Shown here: in pieces, positions 1-9,088 of the stretch
Position numbering within the stretch: position 1 is the first letter of the stretch
Layout: the number at the start of each line of letters is the position of its first letter
NCBI GenBank assembly: GCA_963822585.1
Contig: CAWGIE010000010.1
Location: 1-64,000 of the forward strand
Length of the DNA: 64,000 bases
Source of the DNA: an uncultured bacterium
GTDB taxonomy: Bacteria > Auribacterota > Erginobacteria > Erginobacterales > Erginobacteraceae
Direction: 5' to 3'
Translations under genes and position numbers: made by a program
Notes under the pieces: model-generated
Databases searched by the model: none
Told to the model about the DNA's origin: nothing
Seen by the model: the letters and a program-made list of their open reading frames with translations, nothing else

Positions 1-58
1 GCAAAATAGAGAATGATATTTTCACAATGAATTCATAGATAAAAAAAGGAGGTTTCTG

Positions 59-1447
59 ATGACAGTACGAGTCCTGTTGAACGAAGACGAGATCCCGCGC
101 CAGTGGTACAACCTGGCCGCCGATCTTCCCACGCCGCTCCAGCCGCCCCTGGGGCCCGACGGCAAACCCGTCACCCCGGACATGCTGGCGCCTGTCTTCC
201 CGATGAACCTGATCGAGCAGGAGGTCAGCCAGGAGCGGTGGATCGATATCCCGGAAGGCATCCTCGACATTCTCTACCGCTGGCGGCCCTCCCCCCTCCA
301 CCGGGCGAAGTATCTGGAAGAAGCCCTGGGGACCCCGGCCCGGATATACTACAAGAACGAAAGCCTCTCCCCGGCCGGGAGCCACAAGCCGAACACCGCG
401 GTCGCCCAGGCCTGGTATAACAAGGAAGCCGGGATCTCAGCCCTGACCACCGAGACCGGCGCCGGCCAATGGGGGAGCGCGCTCGCCTTCGCCTGCGCCA
501 TCCTGGGGCTGAAGTGCAAAGTCTTCATGGTCCGCATCAGCTTCGATCAGAAGCCGTTCCGGAAGATCATGATGGAGACCTGGGGAGCGACCTGCATCGC
601 CAGCCCCAGCAACGAGACCCAGGCCGGCCGGAACATTTTGGCCACGCATCCCCACACCCCGGGAAGCCTGGGCATCGCCATCAGCGAGGCGATCGAGGCG
701 GCGGTGACCGACCCCACCGGCAAGACCCGGTACTCCCTGGGCAGCGTGCTGAATCACGTGCTCCTGCACCAGACCATCATCGGCCTGGAAGCGAAGAAGC
801 AGCTGGCCAAGATCGACGAGAAGAAGGTCGACATCGTGATCGGCTGCGCGGGCGGGGGCAGCAACTTCGCTGGCCTTGCTTTCCCCTTCGTGGCCGACAA
901 GATCAACGGGGCGGAGATCGAGATCATCCCGGTGGAGCCGTTTTCGTGTCCGACCATGACCGCCGCTCCTTTTGTCTACGATCACGGCGATACCGCCCGA
1001 ATGACGCCCCTTCTGCCGATGTTCTCCCTCGGGCACGACTTCATCCCGCCCCCCATCCACGCGGGGGGGTTACGCTATCACGGGATGGCCCCGCTGGTCA
1101 GCCAGGCGATCGTGGAGGGGCTGCTCGCCCCCCGGGCCATCCATCAGCTGGAGTGTTACGAATCGGCGATCCTCTTCGCCCGGACGGAGGGGATCATCAT
1201 CGCCCCCGAGACCAGTCACGCGGTGGCGGCGGTGATCCAGGAAGCCAAAAAGGCGAAGGAAGAGGGGAAGGAAAAAGTTATTCTCTTCAACCTGAGCGGC
1301 CACGGCCTGATGGACCTCTCCGGCTACCAGAAATTTTTCGACGAGGAACTCTTCGATTACGCCCTTCCCGAGGAGGAGATCCAGAAGTCGCTGGAGGCCC
1401 TGAAGGATCTGCCCAAGCCATCCACTCAGAAGACGGGCCGATGGTAA
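59..1447 (+). CDS. trpB2: TrpB-like PLP enzyme (TrpB2, tryptophan synthase beta-chain-like)
   Basis: [14 protein letters not shown]-lysine motif, [40 protein letters not shown] upstream; no trpA adjacent downstream. Confidence 0.93.
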   Translation: MTVRVLLNEDEIPRQWYNLAADLPTPLQPPLGPDGKPVTPDMLAPVFPMNLIEQEVSQERWIDIPEGILDILYRWRPSPLHRAKYLEEALGTPARIYYKNESLSPAGSHKPNTAVAQAWYNKEAGISALTTETGAGQWGSALAFACAILGLKCKVFMVRISFDQKPFRKIMMETWGATCIASPSNETQAGRNILATHPHTPGSLGIAISEAIEAAVTDPTGKTRYSLGSVLNHVLLHQTIIGLEAKKQLAKIDEKKVDIVIGCAGGGSNFAGLAFPFVADKINGAEIEIIPVEPFSCPTMTAAPFVYDHGDTARMTPLLPMFSLGHDFIPPPIHAGGLRYHGMAPLVSQAIVEGLLAPRAIHQLECYESAILFARTEGIIIAPETSHAVAAVIQEAKKAKEEGKEKVILFNLSGHGLMDLSGYQKFFDEELFDYALPEEEIQKSLEALKDLPKPSTQKTGRW

Positions 1448-1568
1448 TCGGCCTTAGGTTATCGGTAATCAGGAGCCAGTAATCCAGTAATCGGTAATCA
1501 GTGATCGGTAATCAGTAATCGGTAACCCGGGCGAAGCACTGATTACTGGTTACCGATCACTGATCACT
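1443..1568. repeat. Inverted 7-mer tandem array, family A (GTAATCR...YGATTAC)
   Basis: ggtaatcagtgatcggtaatcagtaatcgg followed by ctgattactggttaccgatcactgatcact; related arrays at 3651 and 38375. Confidence 0.9.
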
Positions 1569-1611
1569 ATTTCTTGGTTGCCTTCACCCTATCTATCCGG
1601 AAGCCCGGGGT

Positions 1612-1932
1612 ATGGATGAACGATATGACAGCGAGGAGACCTACTGCCGCCGGCTGGGACATTATCTGACCTTCCGGTACTGCCGGTCGGAAAAGGGAAA
1701 AATTCCCTGCCCGAAGATCCTGGATTGCTGGTTTGACCGGCTGCCGATCGGTGACTTTCTCCGGGACAATTTCACGAAAGACGAGATCGCGGCGGTGACG
1801 GCCCCCGCCCCCCCCAAGATGGCGACGCTGTTCGAACTGATCGAGCAGGCGAAGCAAAGAAGTGAAGGAGTGACGAAACCAGAAATTCGAAACTCGAAAC
1901 CGGAAATTCGGCTGAACGGCGATCATGGGTAG
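1612..1932 (+). CDS. Small Cys-rich hypothetical protein, overlaps iorA start
   Basis: CRRLGH...FRYCR...PCPKILDCW pattern; stop overlaps iorA start by 8 nt. Confidence 0.7.
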   Translation: MDERYDSEETYCRRLGHYLTFRYCRSEKGKIPCPKILDCWFDRLPIGDFLRDNFTKDEIAAVTAPAPPKMATLFELIEQAKQRSEGVTKPEIRNSKPEIRLNGDHG

Positions 1933-3655
1933 GCCTATCTTAATGTCGGGGAACGAGGCGGTGGCCCGAGGGGCCTGGGAGGCAGGGGTGACCCTGGGTA
2001 CGGGGTATCCGGGCACCCCTTCCTCGGAGATACTGGAGAACCTGAAGGAGTATCCGGGTCTCAGGGCACAGTGGTGCGTGAACGAGAAAGTGGCCCTGGA
2101 GGTCGCTTCCGGGGCCAGCTGGGCCGGGGCCCGCGTTCTGGTCACGATGAAGCACGTGGGGCTGAACGTGGCCGCCGACCCGCTCTTTACTCTCGCCTAT
2201 ACCGGCATCCGGGGGGGGCTGGTGATCGCGGTGGCCGATGACCCGGGGCTGCAGAGCTCTCAGAACGAGCAGGACAGCCGGCATTACGCCCGCGCGGCCA
2301 AGCTTCCCCTGCTGGAGCCGGCCGACAGCGAGGAAGCCCGAGAAATGGCGAAGCTGGCCTTCCTGATCAGCGAGAAATTCGCTCTCCCGGTACTCCTCCG
2401 GCTGACCACCCGGGTCTCTCATTCCCGCGCGCCGGTCGGCCGGGATCGCCGCCACCGTCCGCCGGCGACGCGCCTCGTCCGGGAGCCGGACCGGCAGGTC
2501 ATGATCCCGGCCTATGCCGCGGTCCGGCACCGGGTGCTGGAAAAGAGGATCGGGGAGGTGGCCCGGTACGCGGAAACCGCCCCCTGCAACCGGGTGGAGC
2601 AGGGGAAGGCGGCCTTGAAGATCATCACCTCCGGCATCGCTTACCAGTACTGCCGGGAGGTCGCTCCCCTCGCTTCCTACCTGAAGCTGGGGATGGTCTA
2701 TCCATTGCCGGAAGGTCTGATCAAAAAGTTTTCCCGCCGGGCGGGCAAACTTTTTGTCGTGGAAGAGCTCGATCCCTTCCTGACCACGGAGATCCGGGCC
2801 CTGGGGGTGAAGGTCCGTTCGGCGGCGCCGGCGTACCGTTTGGGCGAGCTGAATCCCGACCGGGTCCGGAGCCTGCTCAAGGACGCTCCCCATCCGGTCC
2901 CGCCCAAGCAGGACCTTCCCGGGCGCCCCCCGGTGATGTGCGCCGGCTGTCCCCATCGCGGCGTCTTCTGGGTGATCAAGAAACTGGGGCTTTTCGCCAC
3001 CGGGGATATCGGGTGCTATACCCTGGGAACTCTGCCTCCCCTCAACGCCCTCGACACCTGCCTCTGCATGGGCGCCGGGGTGGGGCAGTCGGAGGGTTAC
3101 CGGCGGGTATTGCCTCCCGGCGAGGGCCGGAAAGTGGTGGCGGTGATCGGCGATTCCACCTTCCTCCATTCCGGCATCACCGGCCTGCTGGACATCGTCT
3201 ATAACGGCAACGGGGGCGTGGTGATCATCCTCGACAACCGGACCACCGCCATGACCGGGCACCAGGACCACCCGGGCACCGGCCGCACCCTGATGGGCGA
3301 GCCTGCGCGGCCCGTTCGGCTGGAAGAGGTCTGCCGGGGGGTGGGGGTGCGACGGGTGAAGACACTCTCCGCCTACGATCCGGAAGGGATAGAAGCCTTT
3401 TTGCAGGAATCGCTTGACCTCGGCGAGCCGTCGGTCCTGATCACGAAGACACCGTGCGTCCTGCTCAAGGGGGTGAAAAGGGGAAAATCCTTCCGGGTGG
3501 AAACGGCTCTCTGCGTCGCCTGCGGCCGCTGCCTGCAGACCGGCTGTCCAGCGCTCTATCCGGACCGGGAGGGGAGGGTGGTGATAGATGAAAGCATCTG
3601 CGCCGGCTGCGGGATCTGCGCGAAGATCTGCCCGGTCTCCGCGATCATACAGTAA
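1925..3655 (+). CDS. iorA: Indolepyruvate:ferredoxin oxidoreductase alpha subunit
   Basis: GNEAVARG, GYPGTPSSEI, MKHVGLNVAAD, CAGCPH, GDIGC, TPP motif GDSTF...LDN, C-terminal ferredoxin-type Cys clusters. Confidence 0.95.
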   Translation: MGRPILMSGNEAVARGAWEAGVTLGTGYPGTPSSEILENLKEYPGLRAQWCVNEKVALEVASGASWAGARVLVTMKHVGLNVAADPLFTLAYTGIRGGLVIAVADDPGLQSSQNEQDSRHYARAAKLPLLEPADSEEAREMAKLAFLISEKFALPVLLRLTTRVSHSRAPVGRDRRHRPPATRLVREPDRQVMIPAYAAVRHRVLEKRIGEVARYAETAPCNRVEQGKAALKIITSGIAYQYCREVAPLASYLKLGMVYPLPEGLIKKFSRRAGKLFVVEELDPFLTTEIRALGVKVRSAAPAYRLGELNPDRVRSLLKDAPHPVPPKQDLPGRPPVMCAGCPHRGVFWVIKKLGLFATGDIGCYTLGTLPPLNALDTCLCMGAGVGQSEGYRRVLPPGEGRKVVAVIGDSTFLHSGITGLLDIVYNGNGGVVIILDNRTTAMTGHQDHPGTGRTLMGEPARPVRLEEVCRGVGVRRVKTLSAYDPEGIEAFLQESLDLGEPSVLITKTPCVLLKGVKRGKSFRVETALCVACGRCLQTGCPALYPDREGRVVIDESICAGCGICAKICPVSAIIQ

Positions 3656-3811
3656 GCGGTAATCGGTAATCAGTGATCAGTAATCAGGAGCCGGTAATCA
3701 GTAATCAGTAATCAGTAATCAGTAATCAGTAATCAGGAGCCGGTAATCAGTGATCAGTAAATCAGGCGCAGCATTGCTCACTGATCACCGATTACCGATT
3801 ACTGATTACTG
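3651..3811. repeat. Inverted 7-mer tandem array, family A
   Basis: more than 12 GTAATCA/G units followed by the inverted arm ctgatcaccgattaccgattactgattactg. Confidence 0.92.
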
Positions 3812-3841
3812 AAATACAGAGAATGGTAACTGCGACAAAAT

Positions 3842-4431
3842 ATGTCCGCTAAATCCGACAGCATTACCAGTGTGATCCTGGCCGGTGTCGGCGGCCAGGG
3901 GGTGCTCCTGGCCGCGCGTCTGCTCTCCGACGTGGCCGCCGCCGCCGGGCGGGACGTGAAGAGCAGCGAGGTTCACGGGATGGCCCAGCGGGGGGGAGCG
4001 TTCTGGCCCAGGTCCGTTTCGGGGAACAGGTTTATTCCCCCCTGACCCCATCCGGGACGGCCGATTTCATGGTGGCGCTGGAAGAACTGAAAGCTCTCAG
4101 ATACCGGGATCTGCTCAGGAAGAAGGCCCGGGTCATCCTGCAGAAGAAGAACATCCTCCCGGCCTCGGTCGTCGCCGGCCGGGCGGAATATCCCCGGGAT
4201 ATAGAGGCGGTGCTCCGTTCCGGAGGCTACCGGGTGTCGGCCGTCGGCGGGGATGAGGTCCTTGCCCGGTTCGGAAGCGCCCGGGTTGCCAACGTCTTCC
4301 TTCTGGGGATGCTTTCCCGTTACCTGGAGTTCGAGCCCGCGCTCTGGAAGAAGACGCTGCAGCGGTTGGTAAAGGAAGAGTTTCGGGAAATCAACTGGAA
4401 GGTGTTTCGGGCCGGACGGGGATCAGAGTGA
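3842..4431 (+). pseudogene. iorB: Indolepyruvate oxidoreductase beta subunit split by a 1-nt deletion in a G7 run (3990-3996); real lesion or sequencing error
   Basis: AGVGGQG and SEVHGMAQRGG in ORF 3842; adding one G restores GGSVLAQVRFGEQVYSP...ADFMVALEE, continuous with ORF 4069..4431. Confidence 0.88.
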
Positions 4432-4520
4432 TCGCGGTCCGGACATACCGGACAGTGTAAAAGGCAAATCCAAATCAATCGATCAAACAACTCACCGGTT
4501 TCACGGATTTTGAAGGAGTT

Positions 4521-5828
4521 ATGCCGATGACCATCTTGCATGAAGAATTTGAATGTATGTCTCCGGAAGAGATGGAGGAACTCCAGCTGGGCCGGCTGCG
4601 GAGACTGGTGGAATACGTGGCCGAGCGCTCGCCTTTTTACCGGGAAAAATTCGCCGACGCGAACGTCTCCGTCGCCGACCTCCGAAACCTCTCCGATCTC
4701 TCCCGGCTCCCCTTTACCCGGAAAACGGACCTGCGCGATCATTACCCGTTCCGGATGTTCTGCGTCCCCATGAAAGAGGTGGTGGAGATCCACGCCTCCA
4801 GCGGCACCACCGGGAACCCGACCGTGGTCGCCTATACCAGGAACGACGTCAAACTCTGGTCGAAGGTGATGGCGCGGGCGCTCTCGATCGCCGGCGCCAC
4901 CGCCGAGGACATCATTCAGAACGCTTACGGGTACGGTCTCTTCACCGGCGGCCTGGGCGTGCATTACGGAGCGCTGGAACTGGGCGCGAGCGTGATCCCG
5001 ATCTCCTCCGGAGGCACCAAGCGCCAGCTGAAGCTGATGCACGACTTCGAAAGTACCGTCATCACCTGTACCCCCAGCTACGCTCTCTTCATGGCCGAGG
5101 AGGCCCGGGAGATGGGCTATGATCCCCGCAAATCATCGATCCGGATCGGCGTTCTCGGGGCCGAGCCCTGGACCGACAACCTGCGGCGCGAGATCGAGGA
5201 CGCCTGGGAGATGACCGCCCTCGATATCTACGGTCTCTCGGAGATCATCGGGCCCGGAGTGGCCCAGGAGTGCTCTCACAAGAGGGGGCTCCATATCTTT
5301 TGTGACGTCTTTCTCCCCGAGGTCATCGATCCCGAAACCGGGAAGAACGTCGCGGAGGGGGAGGACGGCGAGCTGGTGATCACCACCCTGACCAAGGAAG
5401 CCATCCCTCTCATCCGCTACCGGACGGGGGACATCGTCTCGATCGCGTACGATAAATGCGAGTGCGGACGGACGCTGCCCCGGATCAGCAAGGTGAAGGG
5501 ACGCACGGACGACATGCTGATTATCCGCGGGATCAACGTCTTCCCGTCCCAGATCGAATCGGTGCTTCTCGCCGTCGAGGGGGCGCAGCCCCATTATCAG
5601 CTGGTGGTGGACCGGGTGAAGGGTCTGGACACCCTGGAGGTCCAGGTAGAGGTGGATGAGCACGTTTTCTCCGACGAGATCAAGAAACTCCAGGACCTGC
5701 GGAACCGAATCAAGAAGGAGATCGAAAGCGTCCTCGCCCTGGTTGTCGAGGTGAAGCTGGTGGAGCCGAAAACTATCGAGAGGAGCATGGGAAAAGCCAA
5801 GCGGGTGATCGACAAGCGGGCAAAATAG
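4521..5828 (+). CDS. paaK: Phenylacetate-CoA ligase family protein (copy 1)
   Basis: [64 protein letters not shown]. Confidence 0.93.
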   Translation: MPMTILHEEFECMSPEEMEELQLGRLRRLVEYVAERSPFYREKFADANVSVADLRNLSDLSRLPFTRKTDLRDHYPFRMFCVPMKEVVEIHASSGTTGNPTVVAYTRNDVKLWSKVMARALSIAGATAEDIIQNAYGYGLFTGGLGVHYGALELGASVIPISSGGTKRQLKLMHDFESTVITCTPSYALFMAEEAREMGYDPRKSSIRIGVLGAEPWTDNLRREIEDAWEMTALDIYGLSEIIGPGVAQECSHKRGLHIFCDVFLPEVIDPETGKNVAEGEDGELVITTLTKEAIPLIRYRTGDIVSIAYDKCECGRTLPRISKVKGRTDDMLIIRGINVFPSQIESVLLAVEGAQPHYQLVVDRVKGLDTLEVQVEVDEHVFSDEIKKLQDLRNRIKKEIESVLALVVEVKLVEPKTIERSMGKAKRVIDKRAK

Positions 5829-5891
5829 AATCTGCAGCTTTACCGGACTCGAAATGGTGTGGGGATCTTTTCTGAAACAACGAAGTAATTC

Positions 5892-5996
5892 ACCACGAAG
5901 TTCACGAAGAACACGAAGAATAGTTGAGGAATAAATAAAACCTGGTGTGCTATCTCATTCTATCTATATCTTCGTGACCTTCGTGTCCTTCGTGGT
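5892..5996. repeat. Inverted 9-mer tandem array, family B (CACGAAGNN...NNCTTCGTG)
   Basis: accacgaagttcacgaagaacacgaag ... cttcgtgaccttcgtgtccttcgtggt. Confidence 0.92.
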
Positions 5997-6067
5997 TTAA
6001 TTGATGTATTTTCAAAATGCTACAATTTTCGAGAGGGTATAATTATCAATTTTCGGAGGAAAATTTT

Positions 6068-6499
6068 ATGAAGGTGAAACAGATATCGGTTTTTCTGGAA
6101 AACAAGGCCGGCCGGCTCTGGGAGCTGACCGCGGCGATGAAAGAGAAGGGGATCAATATCCGGGCCCTCTCCCTGGCGGACACGACTGATTTCGGCATCC
6201 TGCGGATGATTGTGAATGATCCCGACGAAGCCTTGCGGTCCTTGAAGGAGAAAGGATACTCGGTGGCGGAAACCGACGTGCTGGCGGTGGAAGTCCCCGA
6301 CCGTCCGGGCGGTCTGGCCGACGTCCTGGGAGTCCTGAACGGGGCGGCGATCAACGTGGAATACATGTACGCCTTCGTGGAGAAGAAAGGCGGCAACGCG
6401 GCGGTGGTTCTGCGGGTGGAGGATCTGGACCGGGCTACCGAAGTACTGGGAGAAGCGGGGGTGACGATACTGAAGGCGGAAGAGGTGTACAGCCTGTAG
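6068..6499 (+). CDS. Tandem ACT-domain protein (copy 1)
   Basis: QISVFLENKAGRL, NIRALSLADTTDFGILR, DRPGGLA, NVEYMYAF; start set at ATG 6068 after GGAGG. Confidence 0.9.
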   Translation: MKVKQISVFLENKAGRLWELTAAMKEKGINIRALSLADTTDFGILRMIVNDPDEALRSLKEKGYSVAETDVLAVEVPDRPGGLADVLGVLNGAAINVEYMYAFVEKKGGNAAVVLRVEDLDRATEVLGEAGVTILKAEEVYSL

Positions 6500-6698
6500 T
6501 ATCGTCCTTCACCCCGTGAAGGACTTGTAGGAGATGTAGTAAATGTAGTATCGCCGTGCCTACGGCACGGCTTGCTAGCCCGCAAGCGGAGCGATCCTAC
6601 AATTCCTACAAAGAATGCCGCAGGCATTCTGATCCTACAAGTCCTGTCGCAGACCCTGAGCTTGCCGAAGGGAAGCGAAGCGAAAGGACGATCCTGCA
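6495..6698. repeat. MITE-like structured element with imperfect 15-bp terminal inverted repeats (copy 1; about 26 nt longer than copy 2)
   Basis: tgtagtatcgtcctt...aaggacgatcctgca; highly similar copy at 56755-56932. Confidence 0.85.
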
Positions 6699-6729
6699 TA
6701 AATTAGCGACCGAAGGGAACTGATTTATT

Positions 6730-8031
6730 ATGAGGTACTGGAACGAAGATATAGAAACACTGGACCGGGAAGAGCTGGAGGTGCTCCAGCTCCGGCGTCT
6801 GCGGGAGTCGGTGGCCCGGGCGGGGAACTCCGCATTTTACCGGCGGGTCTTCCGGGCGGCGGGGATCGGAGCGGACGATATCCGGACCATGGACGACCTG
6901 CGCCGGTTCCCCTTGACCTCCAAGAATGACCTGCGATCCGGCTACCCGCGCGGCTTTTTGGCCGTGGACGAAGAGGCGATCGTCCGGATGCATGCGTCGT
7001 CGGGGACGACCGGGCAATCGACGGTGGTCTATCATACCGCCCACGATCTCGACCGGTGGACGGACCTGGTCACCAGGTGCCTGGTGATGGCCGGCGCCAC
7101 CCGGGCGGACGTTTTTCAGAATATGATGAGTTACGGCCTCTTTACCGGCGGTCTCGGGCTACACTACGGCGCGGAACGCCTGGGGATGATGGTGATCCCG
7201 ATCGGCGGAGGGAACACGCCCCGCCAGATCCAGTTCTTCCGGGATTTCGGGACCACCGTCATACACATCACCCCCAGCTATGCCCTGCACGTCAGCGACG
7301 TTATCCGGGACATGGGCCTGGGGCCGGACGATTTCAGTCTCCGGACGCTCATCTTCGGGGCGGAGCCCTACTCGGAGGCGACCCGGAGCAAGCTGGAGGA
7401 AATCTACCGGGTCCGCGCCCTGAACTGCTACGGCCTCTCGGAGATGAACGGCCCCGGGGTGGCCTTCGAATGCGGCCGGAGCGACGGGATGCACGTCTGG
7501 GAAGATAATTATATCGTGGAGGTGATCGATCCCGATACCGGCGCGCCGCTCCCCCCCGGCGAGAAGGGCGAAGTCGTTTTTACGACCCTTAACCGGGAGG
7601 CCATGCCGCTGATCCGGTACCGGAGCCGGGACCTGGCCTTCCTCTACCCGGAGACCGGCTGCCCCTGCGGCCGCTCCTTCCGGCGGCTCTCCCGGATCGT
7701 GGGCAGGACCGACGATATGCTCATTGTCCGGGGGGTGAACGTCTTCCCCAGCCAGATCGAGCATGAGCTGATGAAGATCCCCGAAGTGGGGACGAATTAT
7801 CAGATCGTCCTTGACCGGGTGGAGAGCCTGGACCGGATGACGGTGCGGGTGGAGATATACGGGAAGATGTTCCACGGAGAGGTGGGGGAGTTGCGCCAGC
7901 TCAAGAAGAAGATCGAGCATGCCCTCAAGGAGGAGATCCTGATCACGACCGAGGTGGAACTGATGGAGCCGGGGGCGCTTCCCCCCAGCACGGGGAAAGC
8001 CAAGCGGGTGATCGACAACCGAGAAATTTAA
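6730..8031 (+). CDS. paaK: Phenylacetate-CoA ligase family protein (copy 2)
   Basis: [52 protein letters not shown]. Confidence 0.92.
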   Translation: MRYWNEDIETLDREELEVLQLRRLRESVARAGNSAFYRRVFRAAGIGADDIRTMDDLRRFPLTSKNDLRSGYPRGFLAVDEEAIVRMHASSGTTGQSTVVYHTAHDLDRWTDLVTRCLVMAGATRADVFQNMMSYGLFTGGLGLHYGAERLGMMVIPIGGGNTPRQIQFFRDFGTTVIHITPSYALHVSDVIRDMGLGPDDFSLRTLIFGAEPYSEATRSKLEEIYRVRALNCYGLSEMNGPGVAFECGRSDGMHVWEDNYIVEVIDPDTGAPLPPGEKGEVVFTTLNREAMPLIRYRSRDLAFLYPETGCPCGRSFRRLSRIVGRTDDMLIVRGVNVFPSQIEHELMKIPEVGTNYQIVLDRVESLDRMTVRVEIYGKMFHGEVGELRQLKKKIEHALKEEILITTEVELMEPGALPPSTGKAKRVIDNREI

Positions 8032-8042
8032 AAACAGAAACC

Positions 8043-8124
8043 GGAGTGTTGGAGTATTGGAGTGCTGGAGTGTTGGGGAAGGGGATTCTTCCATTATTCC
8101 AGTACTCCATCACTCCATTATTCC
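8043..8124. repeat. Inverted 8-mer tandem array, family C (GGAGTRNT...ANYACTCC)
   Basis: ggagtgttggagtattggagtgctggagtgttgg ... ccattattccagtactccatcactccattattcc. Confidence 0.9.
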
Positions 8125-8142
8125 ATTTTTAAGGAGCATCTT

Positions 8143-8571
8143 ATGCCGCATCAGGTTTCCGTCTTTCTGGAGAACAAGCCGGGAAAGCTGGAGAAGATCA
8201 CCACCATTCTGGCCGACCGGGGCATCAATATCCGGGCGATCACCCTCGCCGACAGCGGTGATTCAGGTGTCCTCAAACTGCTGGTCAACGACCCGGGAAA
8301 AGCCTGCGATATTCTCACCGAACACGGGCTGGCGGCCGCCCTGAAGGAGGTAGTGGCGATGAAGGTTGCCGACCGGCCGGGGGGGCTGCTCACGATAGCG
8401 AAGACTCTGACCGAGCATGGTATTAACGTCGATGACGCCTACGGTTTTGTCCTCCGGAGCGGGGAGACGGGGGTCTTTGTTGTCCAGGTCAAGGATCCGT
8501 CTTCCGCCGCCCGGATTCTGACCGCTGCCGGCATCGAGTTGCTGGACGAAAATGATCTGTACTATCTCTGA
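8143..8571 (+). CDS. Tandem ACT-domain protein (copy 2)
   Basis: QVSVFLENKPGKL, NIRAITLAD, DRPGGL; AAGGAG SD before ATG 8143; the longer upstream ORF is repeat read-through. Confidence 0.88.
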   Translation: MPHQVSVFLENKPGKLEKITTILADRGINIRAITLADSGDSGVLKLLVNDPGKACDILTEHGLAAALKEVVAMKVADRPGGLLTIAKTLTEHGINVDDAYGFVLRSGETGVFVVQVKDPSSAARILTAAGIELLDENDLYYL

Positions 8572-8707
8572 GTCGCACGTCCGGAACCGGGGGGCGAATA
8601 GTGGTTTAACGGATCCGGAGCGGGATGATTTGATCTGTAAATAGTTACAGAAAATAAAAGCCGTTATCTATCCCCCCGGGAGGGGGAGGAAATCGCTATA
8701 TTTTTTG

Positions 8708-8736
8708 TTGACAGAAATCGCGGGATAAAATACTTT
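8708..8736 (+). promoter_or_regulatory. Candidate sigma70 promoter for the transporter genes
   Basis: TTGACA, 17-nt spacer, TACTTT in an AT-rich gap. Confidence 0.4.
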
Positions 8737-8901
8737 TGTCCCCCCGCTTTATCTTCTCTTTATTATAGTAATGGCTTGCCGTTACAGTTTGAGTAATTGA
8801 TTGCAAATTAGTTTTAATCGTCATCAATCTGTTCCGGTTCATAAAGTGAAAATTCACTACATCAGCGACCGAAGGTCGCTCATGTAAAAAGGAGGAAATC
8901 C

Positions 8902-9072
8902 ATGTTCGGCATCGAATCAACATCAATCGGACTGGCCTATCTCCTCTGCATTCTCAGCACCATCCTCTGCGTTATTTATGGGCTGGTCTGCTGGAATAAA
9001 GGGGGGGAGGAAGTGAAGACGGAGGACAAGACCTGGTTAAAAGAGGAGAAAGAACTGGAGCAAGAACTGTAA
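8902..9072 (+). CDS. 56-aa single-TM symporter small accessory protein (absent from the ORF track)
   Basis: AAGGAGG SD; MFGIESTSIGLAYLLCILSTILCVIYGLVCWNKGGEEVKTEDKTWLKEEKELEQEL; 16 nt upstream of the SSS gene. Confidence 0.85.
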   Translation: MFGIESTSIGLAYLLCILSTILCVIYGLVCWNKGGEEVKTEDKTWLKEEKELEQEL

Positions 9073-9088
9073 AGGAGGCGCGCTTCTC

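Noticed and set aside
3651..3811. CRISPR or iteron array from the GTAATCA repeats
   Set aside because: Contiguous 7-mers with no spacers, paired with an inverted arm; no rep or cas gene.
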